A stretch of DNA of 64,000 nt, from contig CM060733.1 of the NCBI GenBank assembly GCA_030704615.1, positions 64,790,001-64,854,000 on the forward strand, written 5' to 3'. Below the pieces are notes generated by a model. That model was given only the letters and a program-made list of their open reading frames with translations, did no database searches and was not told the origin of the DNA. The translations under genes and the position numbers were made by a program. This document shows positions 49,870 through 62,340 of the stretch, in pieces (position 1 is the stretch's first letter; each line of letters starts with the position of its first letter). Source of the DNA: Takakia lepidozioides (Eukaryota; Plantae; Bryophyta).

Positions 49870-52229
49870 ATGCTCGAGATCCATCTAAGCCCAAATGCAA
49901 TCTTTTATTCTGGTATCCAAGTGTATCTCCCATGTAGAGGCCCACTTGTCCAGTGTCATCTAAGCCCAAGTGCAATCTCCTATGTATCCAAGTACGTCTC
50001 CCATGTCAAGGCCCAATTTATTTTTTTCTATTAATTTATTGAGTAGTAATATATTCAATCATTATTGATATATCTCCCGTCGAGGCTCTAATCATTGTTA
50101 GAGGAAAGCCCACTTTGTTATTTATTGCGAATTTTCGGCGACCAAAAGTACTTGAAATTCCACATCTCTCACACCGATGGTCTAAAAATCATGAGACCAA
50201 GCCGGTGCACCCCTCCTCATCGAGGGCTTTCCAACAGCTCCAAACACCAGGGCTGGACCCCGCGGTTTGGGACATCTCAACGCTACAAAACAAACAAACA
50301 AACAAACAAACAAATCGTCTTGCTTCAGATATTGACTAGGGTAGCCTGTGCTGTTGGCCCAAGGATCCAATGTCATCTAAGCCCAAGTGCGTCTCCTATG
50401 TCGAGGCCCAAATGCGACCTCTAGGGTAGCCTGTGCCGTTGGCCCAAGTGTCTAATCTAAGTCCAAGTGCAATCCCCTATATATCCAAGTGTGTTTCCTA
50501 TGTCGAGGCCCATGCGTGAAGAATTGAAATCTAAGTCCAAGTGCAATCCCCTATGTATCCAAGTGTGTCTCCTATGTCGAGGCCCATGTGTGAAGAATAG
50601 AAATCTAGGCCCAAGTGCAATCTCCTATGTATCCAAGTGCTTCTCCCATGTAGAGGCCCAAGTGCGATCTCCAGTGTCCAATGTCATCTAAGTCCAAGTG
50701 CTATCCCCTATCTAATCAATTTTTTTTTTCCAGAGAGCCTACGACCAGATTTGAACCAAAGACCTTTCCCTTGATATCTCTCATGTCGAGGCTCCAATCA
50801 ATGTCCCAGGAAAGCCCACTTTGCTATGTTCACGAATTTTCTGCAATCAAAAGTACTTGAAATTCCATATCTCCCACACCGCAGGTCCAGAAATCATGAG
50901 ACCAAGCCGGTGCACCCCTCCTCGTCAAGAGCTTTCCAATGGTACCAAGCACTAAGGCTAGGGTCTCGCGGTTTGGGACATCTCAATGTGACAAAAGAAA
51001 AGAAAAGAAAACTAACATCTCGCTTCATATATCAGATATTGACTAGGGTAGCCTGTGCCGTTGGCCCAAGTATCCAGGCTCATCTAAGCCCATGTGCAAT
51101 CTCCTATGTATCCAAGTGTGTATCCTATGTCGAGGTCCAAGTTGACCTCTACGGTAGCTTGTGCCGTTGGCCCAAGTGTCCAGTGTCATCTAAGTCCAAG
51201 TGCATCAACATATGAAGCAAGTCATATCCAATCATTTTTTTTCCACAGAGCCTATGACCAGATTTGAACCGGAGACCTTTCCCTTGATATCTCTGAGTGC
51301 TATCCCCTATATATCCAAGTTGTGTGTCTCCTATGTCGAGGCTCAAATGCGACCTCTAGGGTAGCTTGTGTCGTTGGCCCAAATGCCCAGTGTCATCTAA
51401 GCCCAAGTGCAAGATCTCATATGTAATTCTAGTGCGTCTCCTAAGTGAGGCCCAAGTGCGACCTCTAGGGTAGCCTGTGTTGTTGGCCCAAGTGTCCACT
51501 GTCATCTAAGTCATCTAAGTCTAATGATTTAGCCATATCTAATCATTTTTTTTCCACATAGCCTATGACCAGCTTCGAACCGGAGACCTCTCCCTTGTTG
51601 TCCCTCCCATCAAGGCTCCAACCATTCTCCCAGGAATGCCCACTTTGCTATTTTTCCCGAATTTCCAACGGCCCAATGTCATCTAAGTAAGTTTTTTTTT
51701 CCCACAGAGCCTATGACCAGATTTGAACCGGAGACCTTTCCCTTGATATCTCTCCCGTCGAGGCTCCAACCATTGTCCCATGAATGCCCACTTGGCCATT
51801 TTTGCTATTTTTTGTGAATTTCCAGCGACCAAAAGCACTTGGAATTCCACATCTCCCTCACAGCTTGTCCAAAAATCATGAGACCAAGCCGGTGCACCCC
51901 TCCTCATCGAGGGCTTTCCAACGGCACCAAGCATCCGCGCTGGAGCCCCGCGGTTTTGGAGATCTCAACGATGCTACAAAACAAGACAAAACAAACGTCT
52001 CGCTTCATATATTGACTAGGGTAGCCTGTGCCGTTGGCCCAAGTATCCAGGGTCATCTAAGCCCATGTGCAATCTCCTATGTATCCAAATGCGTCTCCTA
52101 TGTTGAGGCCCAAGTCAACCTCTACGGTAGCTTGTGCCGCTGGCCGATGTGTGAATAATTGAAATCTAAGACCAAGTGCAATTTCCTATGTATCCTAGTG
52201 CGTCTCCTATGTCGAAGCCCATCTAAGCC
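49870..52229 (-). mobile_element. Helitron-like tandem array, right part (inverted)
   Basis: Reverse complement of the 38885-41943 units; CTAG|TC junctions at 50335/6, 51042/3 and 52015/6. Confidence 0.75.
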
Positions 52230-53179
52230 AATGACACGTTAGTTCCGGAAATTATCCCACTCACGAACATTAACTGACTCCCTTTACGCAGGGCGCCAGT
52301 CTCTTGATACAACTCACAAGAGCAGTTGCCTACCTTGCACGTCTTGGCGACCATCGCTTCCACCAAGCGGCTGATGGACTCTTCGGACAGCTCCGTGGAA
52401 GGTCACCTTCTGTCCACCATAAGCCATCGCACCTGATTTTCTTTTCGGAGCACCGGGTGCCGCCTTGACGTGTGAAGGCCCTCCCTTCGATTTCCATGTG
52501 TCATTGTCGCCGCGTGGCCTATCCCACTTCTTTTCCGGTCGGAAGGAGTCACCCTCCCGCCGAGTCTTCTTGTGGTTCAGCTCCGTACGGCCTTGTCTTT
52601 CGCCCTTAGGGACATCCGAGAAACATTCAGCCCTTTCAATTGCCTCGTTCAAAGTCTTAGGTGGCTTCTCCTCCAACTGCCGCCTGGCCCATGGGGCCAG
52701 TCCCGCCACAAAGTTGAAGACCATTTCTGGTTCCGCCATATCCGTGACTTCGAGCAACAACACATTGAATGCCTGAACATATCCCTGAATGTCGTCCGTT
52801 TGCTTCAAATTCCTCATCTTGTCCAGGGCGAGCCAAGACGCGTTGAGGGGCACAAACTATCTTTTCATAAGTTCCTTGAACCCACTCCAGCTCAAGGTTT
52901 CTGGGTTTGGACCTTGGTCATGAAGATGTTTCTGCCACCATTGTTGAGCATAGCCCCTCAAATAGATGGGAGCCACTTCCACCCGATCCTCGTCACTCAA
53001 CTTGGCCGCTCGGAAGTACTGCTCCAGCTCCAAGAGCCAGGTGTTGAGTGCCTTCCGATTTCGGACGCCCTTGAAGGTGTCGGGTTCCTTAGGCTTCACC
53101 TTAAACTTTGCCATAGTGGAAGTGGCATTAGCCGCCTTCAACACGTCTTTCAACGTCCCGCCAAACTGCGCCAACGACC

Positions 53180-53895
53180 TGTCACGCACCTCACTTCGGT
53201 AAACTCCCCCCCTCAAGTCATAGTTACTCGCTTGATGCGCGCGCCTAACTCCCAACCTGGCCGCCGGGCCAACTTGGAGCTCCGGCTGCTCACCGGGGCA
53301 TAACGGTCCCCCTTTGATCTCCCAAAGAATCCTCCAACGATTTGGAACCAGCGGAATTCCCTTTGGTAGTTGGCAGTCCGGAACAGCTCCCCACTCTTTG
53401 GTCGCTTTCCGGCTCGCTCGCTTACTCACTAGTTTTTGGTCACCAACGGGCTTGCACCGTTCTCGGGGTTACTACTCCCTATATATACTTCTGTAGCTGT
53501 CTGCAGGGGTTTCACAAACAACCATGCCATTTTATGGCGAACCACCACGAACACCCTCGACTCCCGGTGATGAGTCGCGGTGAGTCTTGGCCCACCCACC
53601 ACGGCCCCTATGGACCGTGATGAGTCCCAAGACTCCCCACGACTCCCACCACGAGGTCTCCGCCCCAGGGTGAGTCCTATGCCACCCCCACTAAGCTACC
53701 ACCACCCCTTGTGGAGCCACCCCCACCGCAACCCGGTGTGCGGGGCTCCGCCTAGTGAGCGCCTCCACCTCCTTGAGTGCCTTGGGCACTCAAGGGTGCT
53801 TCAGCCCCCCATACCTATCGCTGCCACTGCCCCCACCACAGGGGCAGCCCCTCTTGTGTCCCAACCCCCTGCCCTCAAGGCAAAGGGCCGCGACA
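53180..53895 (-). repeat. Solo LTR of the same chromovirus family inserted in gag (TSD CGACC/CAACC)
   Basis: Complete TGTC..GACA LTR; removing it restores gag colinear with 51-90 of copy 1. Confidence 0.9.
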
Positions 53896-54170
53896 CAACC
53901 CTTCCCAAAAGGATGCTGGCATGGGAGGCATATGTTGGTCTGGCAGAGCCTCCGGGAAGTCCTCGGGCTCCGACTCCCCAGATTCCTCCCGTTCTTGAGC
54001 GGCCTCGCTTTCAAAAGCATGAATCGCCTCCTCAAATTGCCGCTTCGGTGACACGTCGCCCCCATCGGACTCACCAGGACCATCATCTTTCGGGCCGTTC
54101 CGCTTTCGCTTTGACTTGCCCGACCCCATGATGAGGCCGATCTCAAGGACGATCATGTACTGAACTCTAA

Positions 54171-54182
54171 GCTTTGATACCA
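54171..54182 (-). promoter_or_regulatory. Primer-binding site (tRNA-iMet type)
   Basis: TGGTATCAAAGC 2 nt after the LTR end. Confidence 0.9.
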
Positions 54183-54184
54183 AG

Positions 54185-54908
54185 TGTCGCGCACCTCACT
54201 TCGGTAAGCTCCCCTTCAAGTCATAGTTACTCGCTTTGACGCGCGCGCCTAACTCCCAAACTGGCCGCCGGGCCAAGTTGGAGCTTCGGCTGCTCACCGG
54301 GACATAACAGTCCCCCTTTGCTCCTCCACAAGACCCTCTCTCAATTTGGGCCTAGTGGAAATTCCCTTTGGTTGTTGGCAGTCCGGAACAGCTCCCCACA
54401 CCTTGGTCGCTTTCCGGCTCGCACGCTTACTCACTAGTTTTTGGTCACCAATGGGCTTGCGCCGTTCTCGGGGTTACTACTCCCTATATATACTTCTGTG
54501 ACTGTCCGCAGGGGTTTCACAAACAACACCATCCTTTTATGGCGAACCACCACGAAAACCCTCAATTCCCGGTGATGAGTCGCGGTGAGTCTTGGCCCAC
54601 CCACCACGGCCCCATTGGACCGTGATGAGTCCCAAGACTCCCCACGACTCCCACCACAAGGTCTCTGCCACATGGTGAGTCCTATGCCACCCCCACTAAG
54701 ACCCACTAAGCTACCACCACTCCTCGTGGACCCACCCCCACCGCAACCCCGTGTGCGGGGCTCCACCTAGTGAGCGCCTCCGCCTCCTTGAGTGCCTTGG
54801 CACTCAAGGGTGCTTCAGCCCCTGTTCCTATTGTTGCCACTGCCCCCACTATAGGGGCAGCCCCTCTTGTGTCCCGACCCCCCGCCCTTAAGGCAAAGGG
54901 CCGCGACA
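54185..54908 (-). repeat. 5' LTR of chromovirus copy 2 (724 bp), preceded by TSD GGGTG
   Basis: Followed by PBS; plus-strand flank CACCC at 54909-54913. Confidence 0.93.
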
Positions 54909-55609
54909 CACCCCTGCTTCCCGACGTTGTGCTCAGCTCCCCATGATCCCCTTCCCATTCAGTGCTCCCCCTCATCCCCCAATCCCCTGCGGCTTCGCAA
55001 TGGACTTATATGCTCGGTCCCCTTCACCGTGCACTGCCCCCCCATGTATCACCCAAAGAGTTCGCTCAACAAAGCAGTGCGGCTGTCATCCAGCGGGGCA
55101 ATTATTGAAGCGAGTGCCTTGTGTTCAGTGACCCATGATGTTTTGTGTGATTCACAGTGGTATGAGAGACATTTGTGGTGACCTCGGTGGGAACCATTTG
55201 GATTCCCATAGTGTATATTACATATCGGACACCGTATATGTGGTTTTGAATCTCATAACCATTATACATTTGCTTCCAACGTGAAGCCACCAGTTCAAAG
55301 TTCTCCATTTGAAAAGGAGGATACCATTGCATTTGCAATGCAGTGCACCATAAAACTGATGCTTCAGTATCATCATCCCTTTCAGAGAGCAAATGACATT
55401 GTCTTGGACTAAAGCAAAAGTTTGTGGGCTCTGGGTCATCTTCCGACTCTCGGTTTTCGGCCGTTGTTGGGCAAATTTCAGATTTTTGCTTTGGAGTTTA
55501 TTTTCAGTTTTTGTTGCATGCTTATGCACCACTCGTACATGCAAGGGACTTGACCTTTCATAGTGCATGACACGGACATGACCTCTCACAATTTGCCCCT
55601 TCACATGCG

Positions 55610-56230
55610 ACTTTTCACCCGTGATCCCCCAATTCGAAACCTGCCGTCCCTCATCCCCTCACCCCGTGGTCCCCTCATCCCCTCATCTCCCGCCCTGTTC
55701 CCCTGGTTCCCTGATCCCCTGGTCCCCTGGTCTCCCCGCCCGCTCCCCTGAATCCCTCATCCCTTGATCTCCCCACCCATCCCCCTGGTTCCTGATCCCC
55801 TGATCTCCCGGCCAGTTCCCCTGCTTCACTGATCCCCTGATCTCCCCACCCATTCCCCTGATTCCCTGATCCCCTGTTCTCCCCACCCGTTCCCCTGCTC
55901 CCGTTCCCCTGCTTCCCTGATCCCCTGATTTGCCAGCCCGTTCCCCTACTTCCCTGATCCCCGCTAACCCCTTGTACAATCCCTTGTCTTCTTCATCCCC
56001 TCATCCCCCGACCCCCCTGAACCTGATCCCCCTGATCCCCCTGAACGCCTTCCAGGCTCCCTTATCTCCCTCATCCCCCGATCCCCTGGCTAAGTGATCC
56101 CCATGTGGCACCGACCCCCCTGGTTCCCTGAACCCCCTACCCCCTCGTTCGATGACCCCCTCATCCGCCACATCCTTGGTTCTCTGATCCACCTCAAGGA
56201 TCCCCTCACCCCCTCACCCCTTGATCCCCT
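55610..56230. repeat. GATCCCC-motif C-rich repeat array
   Basis: Dense TGATCCCC/CATCCCC copies. Confidence 0.85.
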
Positions 56231-56290
56231 TCACAGCACAGTGGACGCCAAAGAAGGCACAAAGGGATTACCCCCTGAACTGGACAAGCT

Positions 56291-58621
56291 TCATTTTTTT
56301 TTCGTGGGGAATGGAGATACAATAGCTATATCCGAGGCATCCGAGGCATGCACATGCAACAGTCTACGCTGCAAATCAACATCATCCCAATTATCCACTA
56401 TCCATCCACAAAGAAAATCCTGCTTTGATACTGCGTACTCACATGTAAACCAATCTGCTGTAAAAGTTGCCACCCATTTTTTTGTGATTTTAGTCTCCAA
56501 GTATTTCTGTATGAAAGTCATTACAAAGTAGCCACACTCCCAGCCGCTTGGTTGTTGTGTCACCTCAGGCTCCAGCCACTCCCATGCCATTATTTCCTTC
56601 CAAAGTACTGAGTCCAGTTCGGCTTTGTGTAGGTATGTTCTAAAAGTGCGAAGACGCGTTTCAAAGGCAAGTCGGCTATGGGATCTGAATGATGTCATGG
56701 AATTCAGATGAACAAACTTGGACTTATCAAAAACCATCAAACTCCAATGGCCCCTGCAGAACGCACATGTGTTTGAGGGCAGACACCACTAATGCTTTCC
56801 ATTCTCCAAATCAAATCAAAGTCGGTCAAAGCTGCAAAATAGGGTTTAAGAGGGACGTACCCAGTGCACAAGGGGATGAACCATGTCTGAACCTTATCTG
56901 GATCTTTCCCTAGGCACTTCTCAGCCACCCAATCATTTACAAGACCTTTGGAAATCATGTGAAGGTCGTCCTTGGACGCACCCTCCAAAGACGTCCATAT
57001 CAGTGTGTCCATCACAAGCCCATCAGCAACGATTACTCTTCTCCAGGGATAGCTGCAAAATATTGGCATACAAAAACACCCCTCCATCCCCCGCTTCCCC
57101 ATACAATTTTGACAACCGTAGATAATCCCATGAACCCAGAATGGACTCCTGTGGAGTGCCTTTGAAGAAAATAAGGGAGCCCTTGTCCTCTAGGAGCTTT
57201 TCCCTCAGTCTATTCTGGTTTCTGCATTTAACACAAGTTCACAAAGTCAGACAGGTAGGCAATTAACTGTTAAGGGTGTTTTCAAGCAACCATATCATCC
57301 CCCTATTATGCGTATAAGCCCTGCTGAATGTACTCACCATGAATTTGGTCCCCCCTTGGTCGTTGGAAGCCCTGGCCCACTTACTTAGTGACTTCTGGCC
57401 AACCAGATTTCGCCTTCTGTTTCTTCCCTGTTCTGGTGATAGCTTTACTTTCCCCCTCAGCTGCACAGTTCTCCTCCCTCCCCCGCATCGTCACCCTTGA
57501 TTTTTGTGGCACGCTTTGGCTCCCCCTCATCCTTCGGGGGTCTTTGCTTCCCCTTGCCGATCCCCTCTCCGGTCTGCTCCCCCTTGCCCTTCATCTATTC
57601 CTTCTCCTTCCCCTTATCCTTTGTTTTTTTCTGATCCCCCTGCTCTTTCCCGTGCAGGTGTAATTGGCGTCCCGAAGTTTTTGCAACAACCCTATGCCGT
57701 GTTTGACCTGCTACTGGGCCAAATGATGGTTTGCCGGAGGTCAAACCCATGTGCAAGGGGGTTGGAGCAGAAACCGCATGCGCAGGCACCGTCAGACCTG
57801 TGGTGAATGTGGAACCAGGGGTGAGCCCCAATTCAATATTCCAAGGATCTGTGGAAGCGATGGGAGCAATACCAAGGGGCTGGAGTAAGCACTCTGCTGT
57901 GGGGGAGACCAGATTATCTGCGAGTGCGGATAACAACGGGATGGCCTGTGGATGAGACGGGGGTGCACCTGGGAAAATAGACAAACCCCTCCATTGCCAA
58001 TTCGGTGTTCCCTGCCAATGACTCACGTTCAGGGGTCACCAACGTTGACATAACCTTAGCCTGTGTCGTCGGCAGAGGATTGGTGCATTCAAAATCGGTG
58101 TCGGACCCACTACGGCTAGTCCTCTTCGCAGGGGCAGCCACTTGTGAAGCTGCAGGCGCATCAGGCTTCCGTTTTCTTGCCCCTTTGGGCTGCTGCTGCC
58201 GATCAGTAGGGGACACGTCGTCTCCTAGTACGCACCGCGCTTCGGGGTTTGTACACCCTCTCAACCTCTCCACAAAATGAGTAACCTCCTTCGGGAACTC
58301 GGCAGTGGGCCAGGGTTTTAGTGGCAACTCAACCTTGTCCCAACCATCCACCATGTTCAACCAAGGACAACCCTCCCCATCAATGACATGCCTATTCAAC
58401 CTAACCTTATCCTTCATGGGCCGCCCACAAAACTTGCACTTATAGGGATTCCTTTGTTTCGCGCCATCACGAACTCTGAGGTCCGCCTCTGCCTCCACTA
58501 TCATCTCCTCCCACTCAATTGGCGTATACCAGAAAGGAACCTCATCCCCTTTCTTAGGCTTGTGCCAAAAAACCAGCATACCATCCTCCGGGGGAACAAC
58601 CTTAGGCCTAGTCTTGGCCAT
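56291..58621 (-). pseudogene. MULE-borne gene: N-terminal C2HC/C2H2-like zinc finger plus C-terminal Ulp1 (C48) SUMO-protease-like domain
   Basis: MAKTRP.. with YKCKFC-x12-H-x6-C; spliced WFIPLCTG|GHWSLMVFD (intron 56754-56860), HLNSM, QQPSGWECGYFV; frameshift near 58020 and stop at 57595. Confidence 0.72.
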
Positions 58622-58859
58622 AGGCAACGAGCACATGACGCCAAAATACACAAAAGAAAAAGCAAGGAACAGAAGCCAGAGAAAACAAGGAAGAGCACAC
58701 AGATTGCAACGAACAAAAGGAAAACACAACGCATACACAGCAAAGAGGATATGAGTAGAGCAGCTGAAAAACCACAACGAAGAGCCGCCACCAAAGAGTC
58801 GCTTCGCGAGGAAGACATTCCGCACATGCAGTATACCTAGGGGAGCGGGCACATGGGAG

Positions 58860-61165
58860 AGCAGGGGATCAGTCGATGGACACGTGGCAACAACACCAGA
58901 CTGGGGATCACTGATGTTGACACGTGGGGAGATCTAGGCGGTTATAAGGCGACAACACCAGACTGGGGATCACTGATGTCAACACGTGGGGAGATGTGAA
59001 GTGGGAGCGAACCCCTAGGCAGTGTTAGAACATGGGGATCAAAGTAGGGGGACCAGACACGTGGGGGGATGTTAGTAGAGGGGAGCAGACATGTGCGGAG
59101 AGTACTAGATGTGACATGCATGGCGATTCTGTGGTCAGGGAGGTGACATGTGGGTAGCGAAGACAGGAGGAGCAGCGGGGGGGACCAGACAGTGGGGGAG
59201 CAGAAACTCGGGAGGGATTGGATGTTGGGATTTTTGCAAGTGAGGGATTGAGGGAGGGAGACAACTCATGAGAGGAAGGGGACCAAAACTGCAGGGGCAG
59301 AGAACATGAGAAGAGACCGATGTGTAGGACGAGTAAAACACCATGCTTAGGTCGAAAAAGAAATCCCTATAATGCATTATGAGCTGGCCGGTATACAACC
59401 ATCTTGGACTCTGCAACCTCCATCAATCCTATTCAGCTGCTCCACATGCAACCATGTTCGATTTTGCAACACACAGATGTTTACATGTCAATCTAGCAAG
59501 GTAAATAGTATGAAAAAACAAACATGAAGTTGAGGCTGAAGTTTAATATGCGAAAGCTACTATAGTTACAGATCCTCATCCCCCTACACATGGGATTTGG
59601 TGCAGCCTACGCCAATCCTCTACTTTAGCTTTCAAAACAACAAACAACAAACAAGAAAGAGGAAAACAAGAAAGAACAACAAAAGAAGAACAACAAGAAG
59701 AAGAAGAGAAGAAAATAACCCCCTGTGCGCATTGTATGCAAGACGTTTGTCGCTAGAGAATCACAAACGCCGTAGAGCGCACACGATTGAGGGCCTGGCA
59801 GGTCATCCCAAACCCGTCGAAGCAGGAGCACGAACAAGCACGACAGCTGGAAACCCTCAACCACGGAGATGGAGAGCCCTACCTCCACGACGAAGTGAAC
59901 AGCACATGCAGGTCCACGTGGTGCGATACCCACCGTTGGAAATGGAAGGGATTGGGGATCGGTCGAAGGGGGATCAAAGCAGGAGATCGGCGGCAAGACC
60001 AGGGAGGGGGATGGACGACCGGGGGAGCGCCACGCAGTGGACCATCGCGCAAAACTATTGAACGGCGGGGGGACGACCACATCACGTTGAAGAGGGCCAA
60101 GGGGGATCAGTCCCCGGGGGGAGCAGGGGATGGGGAATGGATCGACATTGCGGGTGCCGCCACGTGGTCGAGGGGGATGGACGGTACGGCGACCGGGGGG
60201 GGGGGGGGGGTGGGGATCAACGATGAGGGACCGCGACGTGGCCCACGGGTCATGGAAGGCACTGTGGAGTGGAGCAGCATGTGGCGGGAGGGTGCTCGGG
60301 GGATCAGGCCTCTAACCGTTGCAGGGATCGACGGCGGAGGGGATTGCGACGTGGCGACGTGTCACTGTGAACGGCAATGGTTTTAGGTAAGATTGATGGG
60401 TAGGGGATCAACGGTTCGAGGAGCACCATGTGGCGCGCAATTGGGAGTAGGGGATCACTCCCGCCCTGGACGGGGGATCAACCCAGTTGCGGGGGAACGG
60501 CTCTGATGGGATGAGGGGATCGACGGCGGGGGGAGCACCATGTGGCGGTGGACGTGTCATCGGGCCATCATCCGGCCGTCGTCCATCCACTGCGCGGGAG
60601 GATGGCGGGGGGATGAGGGGTGGATGACCCGGAACATCCATTGTTTTGAGGTTGGATGGATGCGCAGGGGATCGACGGTTCGGGGGAGCCGCACGTGGCG
60701 GGCGATTAGGGTTGGGGGATCATTCCCGGTCCGGAAGGGGGATCAAGGCACGTCGGGGGAGCGGCGACGTCTGGGGGAGCGCGCCGTGGATGGGAGGAGG
60801 GGATCGACGGCGGGGGGAGCACCACGTGGCGATGGACGCGTCATGGGGCCTTCATCCGGCCGTTATCCATTTAATTGAGGTTGGATGGATGGGGAGGGGA
60901 TCGACGGTTCGGGGGAGCGCCACGTGGCTGGAGATGGGGGTGGGGGATCACTCTGGCACTGGACGGGGGATCAACCAGGTGAGAGGATCCACAGCGGGGG
61001 GCCGCCACGTGGCTGGAGATCGGGCGGTGTTGTGGGGTGCCGCGTGGCCAGCGGTGGGGCGGGGGACAGGGTCCCGGGCGGGGGCGGGCGGGCGGGCGGG
61101 CGTGGGTGAGGGGGGCGCGGGGAGCAGCGGGCGGAGGGGTCGGGGGGGGATGGGGATGATTTGAC
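58860..61165. repeat. GGGGATC-motif G-rich region upstream of the zinc-finger/Ulp1 gene
   Basis: Many GGGGATC and CACGTGG copies; ~220-bp higher-order repeats at 60400-61020. Confidence 0.75.
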
Positions 61166-61239
61166 ATGGGGCATCCAGTTCGCCGACTAGGCTGCCGGAG
61201 CCGGTTTCCCGGCTGTACCTTGCGGGCCGTACCTGTTAG

Positions 61240-62340
61240 CTCACACGCTTGCAATAAAATCAAGCCACATCCATATTGGGACCCCCATAACTGGGCATTA
61301 CTTCGGCAGTAGTTACAGCACTACCCCCAACAATTTTACACTATGGGGAGGGCCATGGGGAGCACGAGAATTGAAGAGGAAAACAAGCCTCAAATGACAA
61401 TTGGCTCTCTTGCTTTGCTTCGGCACAACATAAGAGGAAGGTAAAGACTTAGGGAGCATGACTCAGCACAACACACCAATCAGCGCCTTGACCCGGTGTA
61501 AGGTACTTTGACCACATTTCCTCCATTGACTTGCATGTCTCCCCAAAGTCTCTCTCTACAAGAGAGCCAACAAAGATGATTGACAGGTAAATTTTCTTGT
61601 CAACTTGACAACTCCCCAGGGACATTCTCTGGAGGCTCCTGAGAAATTGTTGCTGGTTAAGGATCATTGATTGCTGCCGCAAACAGGAGGTGGTACTTTT
61701 ATCCAGTCTATGGAGGGGGGACGATCACGCTAGATTATATTAGCTACTGTGGCGGTGCAGTTCACAGAGCCCTAGCCACCGAGCCTGCAACAATGTCACG
61801 TCTACAAGAGAGATTGCCGGAGGCGCTGAAAAGAAAAAAGGAAAAGCGGGATGGAAGATCAACTTGGCTCACACCGGTTAAGAGGGGGGAGGTACGTATA
61901 GCTGCTAGAGGCGCACTAGCAGCTGCGAAAATGCGCAGGCAAAACAAAAATACTTAGCAGCAGCAGCTCCCCTGGGGAGGCGTAAGGTAGATATGGCAGG
62001 GCCCACAAATCGTAGGCGCAGTTAATGCCACAGTAAAGGCAGCGTGAAGGCCGTGGTCGCATTGAAGGCAGCCATTACTAGAGCCCGCTTTGTTCGTACG
62101 TGCCTTCACTGCTCCCCACCCTTGCGTCTCTTGGACCTACTAGACTTGTTCACTTCACTACTCCCTCTGCCCATGCCCACTTCGGGATTTATTTTTATGT
62201 TGGTGTGACTCCCAAGTTGAACTGTCGAGACTGATCTCCAGGGTATCATTTGTGCGAGAGCTTGCTGGACTTCTTTAGTTAGCTGGTTGTTGTAGTTTTT
62301 CTCTGTATCAATTACGTTGACACTCTCTCGAGTCTGTTGG
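61240..62340 (-). mobile_element. Possible decayed L1 ORF1 fragment
   Basis: Broken minus-strand frames with IIFVGSLV..MEEMWSKY and GVPIWMW..IASV, resembling plant L1 ORF1; weak. Confidence 0.3.

Larger units (their letters stand above)
52229..54908 (-). mobile_element. Chromovirus copy 2, 5' part (5' LTR, PBS, gag interrupted by a solo LTR)
   Basis: gag starts MGSGKSK at 54129 and continues KPKEPDTF..WLLELEQYF; ends just before the protease VD motif; zinc knuckle deleted near 52400. Confidence 0.94.

Noticed and set aside
59597-61263. Gly/Arg/Pro-rich ORFs
   Set aside because: By-products of GC-rich repeats; no domain motifs.
49400-61300. MULE terminal inverted repeats and 9-bp TSD
   Set aside because: Looked for them allowing for the inversion and found none; element ends remain undefined.
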